A DNA stretch of 64,000 nt, taken from an uncultured Thalassotalea sp. GTDB lineage: Bacteria; Pseudomonadota; Gammaproteobacteria; Enterobacterales; Alteromonadaceae. The DNA lies in NCBI GenBank assembly GCA_964620605.1, contig CAZUHQ010000002.1:47010-111009 (forward strand), given 5' to 3'. Below the pieces are notes generated by a model that searched no databases, had not been told where the DNA came from, and saw only the letters and a list, made by a program, of their open reading frames with translations. Positions 19,861-30,666 of this stretch are shown piece after piece. Position numbers and translations under genes: made by a program. Numbering within the stretch: position 1 is the first letter of the stretch; the number at the start of each line of letters is the position of its first letter.

Positions 19861-20689
19861 ACTCACAGCTGTTCAGTTAACTTCAATGCCTGATGTTAAC
19901 GAGAATCTGAACGCTATCCGCCAGCAACTGGATAGCCTAGATAGTGCACCTCAGCATATCGTGGTATTACCTGAGTGCTGCCTGTTTTTTGGCGGCCGCG
20001 ATCAACAGCAGTTAGCGCTGGCAAAAACCACTTATGCCGAGCAATCATTAACACAACAACTGGCGAGTCTGGCAAAGCACTATCAGATCACTTTGGTGGC
20101 GGGTAGCGTGCCGCTTTATCAGCCTGATAGCGATAAATTTACCAATACCTGCATGGTATTTGCGCCAAATGGTGAATTGTTAGCTCAGTACAGCAAAATT
20201 CATTTATTCGATGTTGAAGTGCAGGATAACGAAAAAACTTACCTTGAGTCGCGCTATACCCAGGCGGGTAATAAAGTTCGGGCTCTTGATGCGGCTGGCG
20301 TTACTTTAGGCCTGTCTATCTGTTATGATTTGCGCTTTCCTGAATTGTATCGCGCGCTAACTCAGGCAGGGGCGCAAGTGATCACTGTCCCGAGTGCCTT
20401 TACTAAAGTAACCGGACAAGCACACTGGCAAAGCCTGTTGCAGGCGAGGGCGATAGAAAATCAAGTGTATATTGTGGCTGCCGGTCAGTCTGGTGTTCAT
20501 CAAAATGGCCGTGAAACCTGGGGTCATAGCATGATCATCGATCCCTGGGGAGAAATATTAACCTGTTTGGATACTGGTGTCGGGACGATTAGCGCTGAGC
20601 TTGATTTTACCAAATTAGCAAACGTTCGTCAGGCTATTCCGGTGGCTGAGCATAACCAATTTATTAGCAAGTTGAAAACCTATGAATAA
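19850..20689 (+). CDS. Carbon-nitrogen hydrolase (Nit1-like deaminated glutathione amidase)
   Basis: Catalytic triad motifs [19 protein letters not shown]; [12 protein letters not shown]. Probable ATG 19850/19853; the track start at 19676 overlaps yhdP. Confidence 0.92.
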   Translation: MMVKLTAVQLTSMPDVNENLNAIRQQLDSLDSAPQHIVVLPECCLFFGGRDQQQLALAKTTYAEQSLTQQLASLAKHYQITLVAGSVPLYQPDSDKFTNTCMVFAPNGELLAQYSKIHLFDVEVQDNEKTYLESRYTQAGNKVRALDAAGVTLGLSICYDLRFPELYRALTQAGAQVITVPSAFTKVTGQAHWQSLLQARAIENQVYIVAAGQSGVHQNGRETWGHSMIIDPWGEILTCLDTGVGTISAELDFTKLANVRQAIPVAEHNQFISKLKTYE

Positions 20690-22121
20690 TGTTGAGCGAG
20701 AGCTCCTGGCAGATAGCCAATTAGATAAAAGTTTCTTAAATGAAACCTTAAAAGGAATTTACCAGCGCAATATTGATTTGGCTGATCTGTATTTTCAGGC
20801 AAGCTCACATGAGTCCTGGTTGCTGGAAGACGGTGTTGTTAAAGAAGGCTCTTATAACATAGAACGCGGCGTTGGCGTGCGAGCGATTTCCGGTGAGAAA
20901 ACCGGTTTTGCCTATTCCGATGATATTAGCCCGCAGGCGTTAACTAAAGCGGCAGATGCCGCCAAAGGCATAGCGATTTCAGGCAATAATGGCAGTGTTC
21001 AGGCATTTAAGGCACAAAACCAGCCGCTGATATATCAAGGCATTAATCCGATTGACAGTTTGAGTCAGGAGCAAAAAATTACCATGCTCCACGAAATGGA
21101 AGCTCATGCCAGGGCGCAGGACAGTCGAGTTAAACAAGTGATTGCCAGTTTATCAGGTGTCTTTGAAAAAGTGCTAGTGGCGGCCAGTGATGGCACTTAT
21201 GCTACTGATATTCGCCCGTTAGTGCGCCTGAACTGCTCGGTGTTAGTGGAAGATAATGGCAAGCGCGAGCGCGGCAGTGCCGGTGGTGGTGCCCGTACTG
21301 ATTACAGTTATTTTTTCGAAATAGAAAATAACAAAGCGCGTTACTTAGCCTATGCCGAGGAAGCGGTGCGTCAGGCGTTAGTGAATTTAGTGGCAATTGA
21401 ATCGCCAGCTGGCACTATGCCGGTGGTGTTAGGCTGTGGCTGGCCTGGGGTATTGTTGCATGAAGCAGTCGGTCATGGTTTGGAAGGCGATTTTAACCGC
21501 AAAGGTTCGTCGGCATTTTCCGGTAAAGTCGGGCAGCAGGTCACTTCAGAGCACTGTACTATTGTTGATGACGGCACTATCGCCAATCGTCGTGGTTCAC
21601 TGACCATAGATGATGAAGGCACACCGGGACAATATAATATCTTGATTGAGAAGGGTATTTTAAAAGGCTATATGCAGGATAAGCATAATGCTGCATTAAT
21701 GGGGGCGAAACCGACCGGTAACGGCCGCCGTGAATCTTATGCCCATCTGCCGATGCCACGAATGACTAATACCTATATGCTGGCCGGTGAGCACGATCCG
21801 AAAGATATTATTAAGTCAGTGAAAAAAGGCATTTATGCGCCGCATTTTGCCGGTGGTCAGGTTGATATCACTTCCGGTAAGTTCGTGTTTACCAGCGCTG
21901 AAGCCTATTTGATTGAAAATGGTGAAATTACCTCACCGGTTAAAGGTGCAACCTTAATCGGCAGTGGTCCGGAGGCGATGAAAAAAGTCAGCATGGTCGG
22001 TAACGATCTGGAGTTGGATGCCGGGGTTGGTGTTTGTGGTAAAGACGGTCAAAGCGTGCCGGTCGGTGTCGGTCAACCGACGTTAAAAATCGATGAAATG
22101 ACAGTCGGTGGTACCCAGTAA
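20682..22121 (+). CDS. tldD: Metalloprotease TldD
   Basis: [23 protein letters not shown]; PMPRMTNTY; [17 protein letters not shown]. Confidence 0.98.
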   Translation: MNNVERELLADSQLDKSFLNETLKGIYQRNIDLADLYFQASSHESWLLEDGVVKEGSYNIERGVGVRAISGEKTGFAYSDDISPQALTKAADAAKGIAISGNNGSVQAFKAQNQPLIYQGINPIDSLSQEQKITMLHEMEAHARAQDSRVKQVIASLSGVFEKVLVAASDGTYATDIRPLVRLNCSVLVEDNGKRERGSAGGGARTDYSYFFEIENNKARYLAYAEEAVRQALVNLVAIESPAGTMPVVLGCGWPGVLLHEAVGHGLEGDFNRKGSSAFSGKVGQQVTSEHCTIVDDGTIANRRGSLTIDDEGTPGQYNILIEKGILKGYMQDKHNAALMGAKPTGNGRRESYAHLPMPRMTNTYMLAGEHDPKDIIKSVKKGIYAPHFAGGQVDITSGKFVFTSAEAYLIENGEITSPVKGATLIGSGPEAMKKVSMVGNDLELDAGVGVCGKDGQSVPVGVGQPTLKIDEMTVGGTQ

Positions 22122-22142
22122 TCATTGGATAAATCCAGAGTT

Positions 22143-22167
22143 AAAAGGCGCAGTGAGCGCCTTTTTT
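22143..22167. terminator. Likely bidirectional terminator between convergent tldD and cvfB
   Basis: AAAAGGCGC-AGTGA-GCGCCTTTTTT. Confidence 0.8.
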
Positions 22168-22230
22168 GCTTTCTATATCAGAATGATTATTGGTTATGTA
22201 TCGGGAACATAGTCATTACAAAACCAGAGG

Positions 22231-23061
22231 TTAAGCTAATCGAATGCCGTTATCTTCAATGGTTAATTTCCCTTTTTTCATTAAATTACCGACCGTTGCC
22301 TTAAAGGTTTTTTTACTGACACCGAGTGCACGTTTAATTTCCTCAGGCGAGCTTTTATCATGTAGAGGGCTAAAGCCATTATGCTGCTCTAGGTAAGTAA
22401 GTAGTCGCTCGCTAAAATCAATCACTTTACCTTTACCGGCTCTGCTTAGTGAGAGGTTGATCTTGCCATCGTCACGGATTTGCTTGATATAACCGGTAAC
22501 TTTTTTACCAACCCGCAATGGTTGAAATACCTCACTAGTGAAAAGCAATCCCCAATGTTGATTGTTAACGATGGCCTTAAAGCCTAAATCGGTTTTGGCA
22601 GCTATGGTTAGTTGTACTTCCTGCCCGGTTTGATAATTCGCGGGCCAGATATCGATAAACTTATCGAGTTTACTCGAAGCCACTAAACGCTCTGTTCTCT
22701 GATCGACAAAGACATACACCAGGTAATGTTTGCCAACTTCCATTTTTTTATGCTGCTGATTAAATGGCACTAATAGATCTTTTGGTAGACCCCAATCTAA
22801 AAAGGCGCCGATTTTATTGACCTGCTTAACTTGTAATGAAGCAAATTCGCCCACTTGTACTTTGGGCGTTTCCGTAGTCGCAACTAGTCTGTCAGCCGAA
22901 TCGAGATAAATAAATACGTTGATTTGCTCATCTAGCTGGCAATTTTCTGGTAAGTAACGTTTAGGTAGTAATATTTCACCCAGTTCTCCGGCATCGAGAT
23001 ACGCACCATTTTCGGTAATGGCAATGACAGAAAGGGTATTGAATTGGCCGATATTCGCCAT
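22231..23061 (-). CDS. cvfB: CvfB family S1 RNA-binding protein
   Basis: IGQFNTL; GAFLDWGLPKDLLVP; SKKTFKATVGNL winged-helix tail. Confidence 0.92.
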   Translation of the reverse strand: MANIGQFNTLSVIAITENGAYLDAGELGEILLPKRYLPENCQLDEQINVFIYLDSADRLVATTETPKVQVGEFASLQVKQVNKIGAFLDWGLPKDLLVPFNQQHKKMEVGKHYLVYVFVDQRTERLVASSKLDKFIDIWPANYQTGQEVQLTIAAKTDLGFKAIVNNQHWGLLFTSEVFQPLRVGKKVTGYIKQIRDDGKINLSLSRAGKGKVIDFSERLLTYLEQHNGFSPLHDKSSPEEIKRALGVSKKTFKATVGNLMKKGKLTIEDNGIRLA

Positions 23062-23130
23062 AAAGCACTCTATTAAGCTAGCAGGAATTGTCGTTATTAT
23101 ATCGTATCTCTTGGCGATTAGTGAATAACA

Positions 23131-23580
23131 TCAGGAATTTGATAACAGGGTATTTTTTGCCTGGATATATTCTGCATGGCTTAGGTGCAGTAAGTCGGCA
23201 ATTTTGCGAATTGTATGTTCTTCAATACTGGCGACTTTACCGTCAGCGAGTGCCAGTTGCCATAACAGGGTGACCAGTTTGGTTTTTTCTGCCGCACTAT
23301 AGTGCTGGTTGAGTGTTGAGGTAAATCGATGAAAATCGACAGCATGTTCACTGAGCTCTATCGCCTGGGCAATCAGCTGGTTGACTTCTTGAGAGTTTAA
23401 TGAAAACTGCTCGGCAATTGTTTTACTTAACATTGCCTGTTCATTAGCATCTAACAGACCGTCGGCGCGCATAACTTCGCACAATAAAACTGTACAGGCC
23501 ATTTCTATCGTTAATTCGTCGGGTTCAGTTAACGCATCCTGGTGCAGGTCATTAAAAAATTTAGCAATTTTATTTAACAT
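23131..23580 (-). CDS. TerB family tellurite-resistance / co-chaperone-like protein
   Basis: LLCEVMRADG; LWQLALADGKVASIEEHTIRKIADLL. Confidence 0.85.
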   Translation of the reverse strand: MLNKIAKFFNDLHQDALTEPDELTIEMACTVLLCEVMRADGLLDANEQAMLSKTIAEQFSLNSQEVNQLIAQAIELSEHAVDFHRFTSTLNQHYSAAEKTKLVTLLWQLALADGKVASIEEHTIRKIADLLHLSHAEYIQAKNTLLSNS

Positions 23581-23969
23581 AATGAGTGATTCTCGTAGTG
23601 AAAATAAAGGTATTGTTGATAGTTAATGATAATAACGCAAGTCTAGTTTACATTGGTCATATTGTTGAAAAAATTTTGAAAAAGTTTAATAGTTGGTGAA
23701 ATTCACTAAATTGTGATTTTCATTAACCAGTCAAAGCGAAGAGTTTTTTATTGTCTTGTTTTATTTTATTGGCTGCTAACCCTTATTATTAAAGAAAACT
23801 TGTTTTGCTGTTTTTATTTTTTCCTCTCATTAACAACTCGGCGTGAAATTTGTAGTAATCGTTTACAACTTTTTTGGCATTGTTTTCGTCTTAGATGGTT
23901 ACAATTGAAAAAATGCCTTAGGGCGCGCCCTAGTTTACAATTTAATAAAATTTAGCTGAGGAAATAGCG

Positions 23970-25163
23970 GTGACTAGAAAAAAACAGATCATTGTTCCGA
24001 TCGTGATATTAGTAGCTGGCATTTTGCTTTTTGTGGTCTTTTCAAGCATGAAAAAACCACCTGAAGAAAAAGCAGAAGTAGATAACACACCCATTGTTTC
24101 GGTAGAAGAAGTGACGGTTTCCCCGATGACCCTAAACGTGGCTTCTTATGGTGTGGTCAAACCAAAATATGAAACTGAAATAGTCGCCCAGGTTAGCGGT
24201 CAAATCGTTGAACTCTCTGATACTTTTGTTCGTGGTGGTTTTGTTGCCCAAGGTCAGCTACTGGCACGTATTGACCCAAGTGATTATGAGGCGGCATTAA
24301 TCGACGCCCAGGCTAACTTAGCATCGGCACAAGCGTCGTTAGAACAGGAGCGTGCTCAGGGTAAAGTAGCAGCAAAGGAATGGAAGCGTATTACCGATGC
24401 CTCACCAACCGAGCTTAGTTTGCGTAAACCACAATTAGCGCAGGAACTTGCCCGGGTGAAAGCGGCGCAGGCGGAAGTGCTTAGAGCGCAACGTAATTTA
24501 GAGCGTACTGAATTAAAAGCGCCATATGATGCCATGATTGAAGATCGCACTATCGGCTTAGGTGCCTTTGTTGGTACTGGCAGCCGGGTTGGTAAGTTAC
24601 TGGGAACTGCGATTGCTGAAGTGCGCTTGCCAGTAGCGGATAATCAATTGCAATATTTAGTTGATCAGGGTAAGCAAGCGAAAGTTAATTTAAAAGGGAA
24701 TTTTGCCGGTCAAGAAACCATTTGGCGGGCAACTATTGCCCGAAGCGAAGGGGTGATCGATGATAAAAGCCGGATGAGTTATTTAGTGGCTGAAATCAAA
24801 GACCCTTACTTATTACAGTCTAAGGCGCAGCAAACGCCGTTAAGATTTGGTTCATATGTTAATGCAGAAATCCTTGGTATTGAACTGGCACAGGCAACCA
24901 AGTTTCCACGTTACTTAGTTAATAATGGCCGGGTTGCGATTCTAGATGATGATTCGAAACTCCATTATGTTGAGGTTGATATTGCCCGTCAAGATGGTGG
25001 TGATGTCATAGTTTCAGACGGTCTGGCTAATGGTGATCGCTTGATTGTCTCGGCGCTAGATTACCCGGTGAATGGCATGAAGTTGGCGCTGCCGGGAGAT
25101 AACAATCTAGATCCCGCTGCTACAGAGCATAGTGAAACTCAACTTGCCAGCGTGAAGGAATAG
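23970..25163 (+). CDS. RND efflux periplasmic adaptor (MFP) subunit
   Basis: N-terminal TM; lipoyl/barrel-sandwich AQVSGQI...LARIDPSDY; LKAPYDA. Confidence 0.92.
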   Translation: MTRKKQIIVPIVILVAGILLFVVFSSMKKPPEEKAEVDNTPIVSVEEVTVSPMTLNVASYGVVKPKYETEIVAQVSGQIVELSDTFVRGGFVAQGQLLARIDPSDYEAALIDAQANLASAQASLEQERAQGKVAAKEWKRITDASPTELSLRKPQLAQELARVKAAQAEVLRAQRNLERTELKAPYDAMIEDRTIGLGAFVGTGSRVGKLLGTAIAEVRLPVADNQLQYLVDQGKQAKVNLKGNFAGQETIWRATIARSEGVIDDKSRMSYLVAEIKDPYLLQSKAQQTPLRFGSYVNAEILGIELAQATKFPRYLVNNGRVAILDDDSKLHYVEVDIARQDGGDVIVSDGLANGDRLIVSALDYPVNGMKLALPGDNNLDPAATEHSETQLASVKE

Positions 25164-28100
25164 ATGATGGATGATACCAATAAAGGTTTAATCGCCTGGT
25201 TTGCCCGTAATAGCGTTGCCGCTAATCTGCTGATGATATTTATTTTAGTTGGTGGTTTTTTAACGGCGCAAACTATTAACAAGCAAATGTTCCCGCAGGT
25301 GAAAATCAACTGGATTTCTTATTCTGCGCCTTATCCGGGGGCAGCACCCCAGGAGGTGGAAGAAGGGATCACGATAAAAATTGAAGAAGCGCTGGAGTCG
25401 GTGCAGGGCTTGAAACGGGTCATTACTTATTCAAATCGCGGCTATTCCAACGGCTGGTTTGAAGTGGAACTGGATTATGACCCGCAAGTAGTGCTGGAAG
25501 AAATCAAATCGGCGATAGATTCTATTCCAAGCTTTCCTGATGGTATGGAAAGGATCACTGTCGAACGGGAGAAATTTCGTCAGGAAGTAATGTATATCAG
25601 CCTTTATGGTGATATGAGCTACAAAGAGTTAAAAGAACTTGGCCGAAAAATTCACGATGAAGTGCAGCAGTTGCCATCGATTAATGTCTCAGAATTTTAC
25701 GGCGGACTGAATTATGAAATTTCAGTGGAAGTCTCGAAAGATAAGTTACGTGAATATGGCTTAAGTTTTGGCGATGTTGCACAAGCAGTACGTAGTTATT
25801 CACGTAATATGTCGGCCGGACAAATTCGCGCCGAAAATGGTTATATTAACTTAAGGGTAGAAAATCAGGCGTATCGCGGTCATGAATTTGAGCGTATTCC
25901 GGTGATCACCTTAGCGGATGGTACTAAAATTTTACTCGGTGAAATCGCCACTATTAATGATGGCTTTCAGGAAGGGCTGCAATATTCGAAATTCAATGGT
26001 AAAAATTCTACTACCTTATTTATCGGCGCGGCAGATAACCAAAGCATTACCGATGTCGCTAAGGTAGTGAAAAAATACGTTGAAGATAAGCAAGAAATGT
26101 TGCCGCAAGGGGTCAAGTTAGAAACCTGGGTTGATTTAACTTATTACCTTGAAGGTCGCCTTAACATGATGCTGGATAACATGAAAAGCGGCGCGGTATT
26201 AGTATTCTTGATTTTGGCTCTGTTTTTACGTGTTCGTTTAGCATTTTGGGTAATGATGGGCTTGCCTGTGTGTTTCCTTGGTACCTTGTTAATGATGCCG
26301 GCAGAATTCGTTAACGTGACTATCAATATCACCAGTTTATTCGCCTTTATTTTAGTACTCGGTATCGTGGTAGATGATGCGATAGTGATGGGGGAAAGTG
26401 CCCATGATGAAATTGAACAAAACGGTCAAAGCGTAGAAAGTGTTATCCGCGGCGTTAAGCGGGTCGCGATGCCAGCGACGTTTGGCGTGTTAACTACCAT
26501 TGCCGCGTTCTTCCCTTTTATCTTAGGTGACGGCCCATCGTCGGCTTTTGGTAAGTCGATCGGCTTTGTCGTGATTTTCTGCTTATTATTTTCATTAATT
26601 GAATCTAAATTGATTTTGCCAGCGCATTTGGCGCATATGAAAAAGAAAGTGTTTAATCCGAAAAACCCGTTAGACAGAGTTCGTCGCAGTATCGACAATG
26701 GCTTAAAAACTTTTGTTAATACTTACTATAAAGGTTGGCTGCAAACCTGTATTACCTACAGATACGGGGTGTTGATGTTTTTTATCAGCATCTTGCTGCT
26801 TAGCGCCGGTTTATTTAGTGGCGGAATAGTGCGCTTTGTTGGTCAGCCGAAAATTCCCCATGATTTTCCTCGTATTGCGATTGAAATGAATGTTGATGCG
26901 TCTGAAAACGCGACATTAGATACTATGCTGGTAGTGCAAAATATCTTGAAAGAAGTCGATAATAAGATTGAAGCTGAATACGGTAATAAGATGATTACTG
27001 ATATGCAGGTTGATCTACGTAGCCGTACCAGCGGTCGCATTATGCTTAAGTTGGTAGTGCCAGAGGAAAGAGCGATGAACACCTTTGAGCTGGCGGATTT
27101 ATGGCGTAAAGCGATCCCGACGTTACCGGGCGTGAAATCATTAAGCATAGATGACAACTTGTTTGGTGGTGGCCGTGAAGATGGTGATATCGGCTTTAGA
27201 CTGGAGAGTCAGGACGACGCTCAGCTGTTAGCGGCGGCAAAAGAGTTGAAGGCAAAACTAAATACTTTAAAAGGGGTTGGCGATGTTAACGATAGCCGTC
27301 AAACCAGCACTAAGGAAGTGCAGTTTACTCTAAAACCACTAGCCTATAGTTTAGGGTTAACACTTTCGGATGTTGCTTCGCAGGTAAGCTATAGCTTCTA
27401 TGGTTTGGAAGCACAACGTATTTTACGTGACACCGAAGAAGTCAAGGTAATGATCCGTTATCCGTTAGCTCAGCGCAGCTCGGTAGGCCATGTTGATGAT
27501 GTAATGATTCAGGCACCAAACGGTGCAGAATTACCGTTATCAGAATTAGCAGATATCACTTTGACCGATGGCGTTACCCGTATTCGCCGGGAAAATGGTA
27601 ATCGCACCATTAATGTTTGGGCGAAAGTTGACCAGGAGCAGGTTGAACCATTTGAAATCGCAAAAGATATTCGTGATAACTTTATTCCTCAGCTGTTAAG
27701 ACAGTATCCACTGGTAAAAAGTGAAGTCTCAGGTCGCATTCAGGAAGAAATTGACAGCGCCAATAAGCAGATGCGCGACTTTATTATTTCACTTATGGTG
27801 ATCTTCTCATTGCTGGCGGTACCGTTAAAATCTTACTCACAGCCGCTGATGATCATGACAGTCATTCCTTTTGGTGTTGTTGGTGCGGTGTTTGGTCATA
27901 TGATTTTAGGCATGGATCTGAATACCTTGTCGGTATTTGGTATCATCGCTGCTGCCGGTGTGGTAGTTAACGATTCGTTGGTGATGGTGGATTATGTCAA
28001 TAATGCCCGTAAGCAAGGTATTCCGCTTAATGAAGCTGTGGTGCATTCCGGCAGTAAACGTTTTCGCGCTATTATGCTAACGTCATTAACTACCTTTATT

Positions 28101-28325
28101 GGCCTGGTACCGATAGTGTTTTTTGAAACCAGCATGCAGGCGAAAATCGTTATTCCAATGGCGGTGTCACTATCCTTTGGCGTGTTGTTTGCCACTGTTG
28201 TGACCTTAGTATTAATTCCAAGCTTGTATGTCATTATCGAGGACATCAAACGCCTGGTGAAACGCAAGAAAAAAACGCCAGCACCGGCAATTGAAAATAG
28301 CGGGGATGAAGTGACTTCTCACTAA
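25164..28325 (+). CDS. RND efflux permease (AcrB/AcrD/AcrF family)
   Basis: GIVVDDAIV; VNDSLVMVD; RFRAIMLTSLTTFIGLVP; 1053 aa with 12-TM layout. Confidence 0.95.
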   Translation: MMDDTNKGLIAWFARNSVAANLLMIFILVGGFLTAQTINKQMFPQVKINWISYSAPYPGAAPQEVEEGITIKIEEALESVQGLKRVITYSNRGYSNGWFEVELDYDPQVVLEEIKSAIDSIPSFPDGMERITVEREKFRQEVMYISLYGDMSYKELKELGRKIHDEVQQLPSINVSEFYGGLNYEISVEVSKDKLREYGLSFGDVAQAVRSYSRNMSAGQIRAENGYINLRVENQAYRGHEFERIPVITLADGTKILLGEIATINDGFQEGLQYSKFNGKNSTTLFIGAADNQSITDVAKVVKKYVEDKQEMLPQGVKLETWVDLTYYLEGRLNMMLDNMKSGAVLVFLILALFLRVRLAFWVMMGLPVCFLGTLLMMPAEFVNVTINITSLFAFILVLGIVVDDAIVMGESAHDEIEQNGQSVESVIRGVKRVAMPATFGVLTTIAAFFPFILGDGPSSAFGKSIGFVVIFCLLFSLIESKLILPAHLAHMKKKVFNPKNPLDRVRRSIDNGLKTFVNTYYKGWLQTCITYRYGVLMFFISILLLSAGLFSGGIVRFVGQPKIPHDFPRIAIEMNVDASENATLDTMLVVQNILKEVDNKIEAEYGNKMITDMQVDLRSRTSGRIMLKLVVPEERAMNTFELADLWRKAIPTLPGVKSLSIDDNLFGGGREDGDIGFRLESQDDAQLLAAAKELKAKLNTLKGVGDVNDSRQTSTKEVQFTLKPLAYSLGLTLSDVASQVSYSFYGLEAQRILRDTEEVKVMIRYPLAQRSSVGHVDDVMIQAPNGAELPLSELADITLTDGVTRIRRENGNRTINVWAKVDQEQVEPFEIAKDIRDNFIPQLLRQYPLVKSEVSGRIQEEIDSANKQMRDFIISLMVIFSLLAVPLKSYSQPLMIMTVIPFGVVGAVFGHMILGMDLNTLSVFGIIAAAGVVVNDSLVMVDYVNNARKQGIPLNEAVVHSGSKRFRAIMLTSLTTFIGLVPIVFFETSMQAKIVIPMAVSLSFGVLFATVVTLVLIPSLYVIIEDIKRLVKRKKKTPAPAIENSGDEVTSH

Positions 28326-28347
28326 TTTTCGATATTGATTATTATAT

Positions 28348-28379
28348 AAAAACCAGCACCAAATAAGTGCTGGTTTTTT
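28348..28379 (+). terminator. Rho-independent terminator after the RND permease
   Basis: AAAAACCAGCAC-CAAATAA-GTGCTGGTTTTTT. Confidence 0.85.
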
Positions 28380-28695
28380 GTATTAATCTTCTGAAAACGC
28401 CCGATTTTCGACTTATATTTTGTCATTTCGCTGATAGAAAAATTTATCTAAAGTTTCCCTTAACTTGTGTTAGAAAATTACTGTTAAAAGCTGCTTGCAA
28501 CTGATGGCATAAGCTGTCAAAGTGGTATTGCGTTTTAGTAAAAATGGCTTACGAGAAATACTCAAGGAGGTTATTGCTACAACAATGATAGTGATCATTT
28601 TGTCAGCTTTCACTCTTAGTTAAAGTCGCCAGCTTTAGCGTTAAAAGTTGCCAGATTGATCAATGTATTATGTATTGATAATTAGGGAACTCTAT

Positions 28696-30075
28696 ATGAC
28701 CGAAGAAAAAACCATTTATATTCTAGACACCAATATCCTCCTGCATGAACCCTTCGCATTTTTATCCTTCCAAGAGCACGACGTTGTCGTTCCGATGACA
28801 GTGTTAGAAGAACTGGACTCGATTAAGGATAGACGTAAAGACGTTAGCCGTGATGCCCGTGTGGCGATTCGTGCACTTGAAGATGCCCTGGCAAATGCCA
28901 GCCCGGAACAAGTGCTAGCCGGTGTGCCATTGCCGGCAAAAGATGGTGCGCCCGGTATCGGCTGCCTGTCGATATTTAATGATTACACTTTAGAGCAAAC
29001 CGCCGGTAAATTATCGTTTAACGAAAATGATAACCGCATTATCAATACCGCACTGCATATTCAAAACACCCGTAGTAGCCGTAAAGTGGTGCTGGTGACA
29101 AAAGACATCAATATGCGCTTAAAAGCGAAAGGGGCAGGATTAAAGCATGTAGAAGACTATCGCACTGATCAGCTGATTGATGATATCCAGTTCTTAACCA
29201 AGGGCTATCACAAGTTTGATGGTGATTTTTGGCAGCAAATAAGCGACTGTGAAAGTGAAACGGAAGGGCGCACTACAACTCATTATATTAAAAAAGATAT
29301 TCTGCCCAATGCCTTTATTAATGAATACCTGATTGACGAGGGTGAGCACTTTGCCGGTAAAGTAGTGGGGGTCAGTGAAGATAAGTTGGCGCTTGAAGAT
29401 CTAAGCCGTGAACGTTTAATGGGCAAACAGGCCTGGGGGATACATCCGAAAAATATTTATCAGGGCATGGCGATGGATGCGCTGCTAGATCCAACTATCG
29501 ACTTAGTAATATTAACCGGCCCGGCAGGCTGTGGTAAAACCTTATTAGCACTCGCCTCGGCGCTGGAACAGGTAGTAGAACGTGGTTTATATGACAAAGT
29601 AATAGTCACTCGTAGCACTCCGGAAATTGCCGAATCGATCGGCTTTTTACCTGGCACCGAAGAAGAAAAAATGGCGCCCTGGCTTGCTGCGATCACTGAT
29701 TCATTAGAGGTGTTGCATAAACAGGATGAAAACATGGACGGCAGTCTTAACTATATTATGGATAAGGCAAACATTCAGTTTAAGTCGGTGAATTTTATGC
29801 GGGGTCGTAGTATTCAAAATGCCATTGTCTTGTTAGATGAATGTCAAAACTTAACGGCATCGCAGCTTAAAACCATTATTACTCGCTGTGGTGAAGGTAC
29901 AAAATTGGTGTGCTCGGGTAACCTGGCACAAATCGACAGTAATTACCTAACTGCGTTAACTTCCGGTTTAACCTATATCGTTGAGCGTTTTAAAGATTTC
30001 CCAGGCAGTTCAACCATTAATCTTAATGGTGTGGTACGTAGTCGACTGGCGTCATTTGCCGAAGAAAACTTGTAA
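28696..30075 (+). CDS. PIN domain-PhoH family ATPase (PhoH2/YlaK type)
   Basis: PIN motifs LDTNILLH, EELD, NDNRII, VTKDINMR. Walker A GPAGCGKT, Walker B LLDECQN, MRGRS, GNLAQID. Probable ATG 28696 (track 28663). Confidence 0.92.
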   Translation: MTEEKTIYILDTNILLHEPFAFLSFQEHDVVVPMTVLEELDSIKDRRKDVSRDARVAIRALEDALANASPEQVLAGVPLPAKDGAPGIGCLSIFNDYTLEQTAGKLSFNENDNRIINTALHIQNTRSSRKVVLVTKDINMRLKAKGAGLKHVEDYRTDQLIDDIQFLTKGYHKFDGDFWQQISDCESETEGRTTTHYIKKDILPNAFINEYLIDEGEHFAGKVVGVSEDKLALEDLSRERLMGKQAWGIHPKNIYQGMAMDALLDPTIDLVILTGPAGCGKTLLALASALEQVVERGLYDKVIVTRSTPEIAESIGFLPGTEEEKMAPWLAAITDSLEVLHKQDENMDGSLNYIMDKANIQFKSVNFMRGRSIQNAIVLLDECQNLTASQLKTIITRCGEGTKLVCSGNLAQIDSNYLTALTSGLTYIVERFKDFPGSSTINLNGVVRSRLASFAEENL

Positions 30076-30123
30076 TTTATCATAGGTAAATAATGGGGCT
30101 AGTTAATTGCTGGCCCTTAAATA

Positions 30124-30152
30124 TTTACAATATTGCCAATCCGCATTACTAT
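30124..30152 (+). promoter_or_regulatory. Probable sigma-70 promoter of the copL-like/cusCBA operon
   Basis: TTTACA-N17-TACTAT, about 30 bp before ATG 30181. Confidence 0.45.
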
Positions 30153-30180
30153 GATGTCGTTCGTATTCACTGAGAGTGCT

Positions 30181-30561
30181 ATGTTTAAGCCATTTTCAAA
30201 AGTGCTAGTTGTTGTTGCTTTGCTGATTGCCTTTATCGGGCAGGCATTGGCTTATACTGCTATGCCTTGTGAAATGTCGGCTGGCTCTTATGAGTCGCAC
30301 ATGATGATGGAACATTCCAAAGTGAGCTATCACGAAGGAATGAGCCATAGTGATATCAATAACAGCAGTCATGGCCAATCTGAAGATTGTTGTGATCTGG
30401 ATTGTGTCTGTCCAGCAAACGCATGTACCTCAGTAATATTTTTGAATTCAGATAATGATGAACCTGATGGCTTCGGTCTTGATGAAGCTGTATTGAGTCA
30501 AAACTCTGAACAACCAAAATCAATTTCTACCTCTCTATACCGTCCACCTATTTTTGCCTAA
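30181..30561 (+). CDS. Small exported His/Met/Cys-rich metal-binding protein (CopL-like)
   Basis: Signal peptide; SHMMMEHS...HEGMSHS; DCCDLDCVCPANAC; C-terminal LYRPPI. Typical leader gene of cusCBA clusters. Confidence 0.7.
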   Translation: MFKPFSKVLVVVALLIAFIGQALAYTAMPCEMSAGSYESHMMMEHSKVSYHEGMSHSDINNSSHGQSEDCCDLDCVCPANACTSVIFLNSDNDEPDGFGLDEAVLSQNSEQPKSISTSLYRPPIFA

Positions 30562-30666
30562 CACAGGGTTAGTGCGTCCAAAATTTACGCACAAGTAATA
30601 ACTTTTTCTGTTAACTATTTAAGCGTGATTTGAGCGCTCAATATTTCCAGCTTGGCTGGAGGCAAA

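Noticed and set aside
28420-28437. Pho box upstream of the PIN-PhoH gene (TTGTCAT-N4-CTGATAG)
   Set aside because: The second half-site is too degenerate to distinguish from background.
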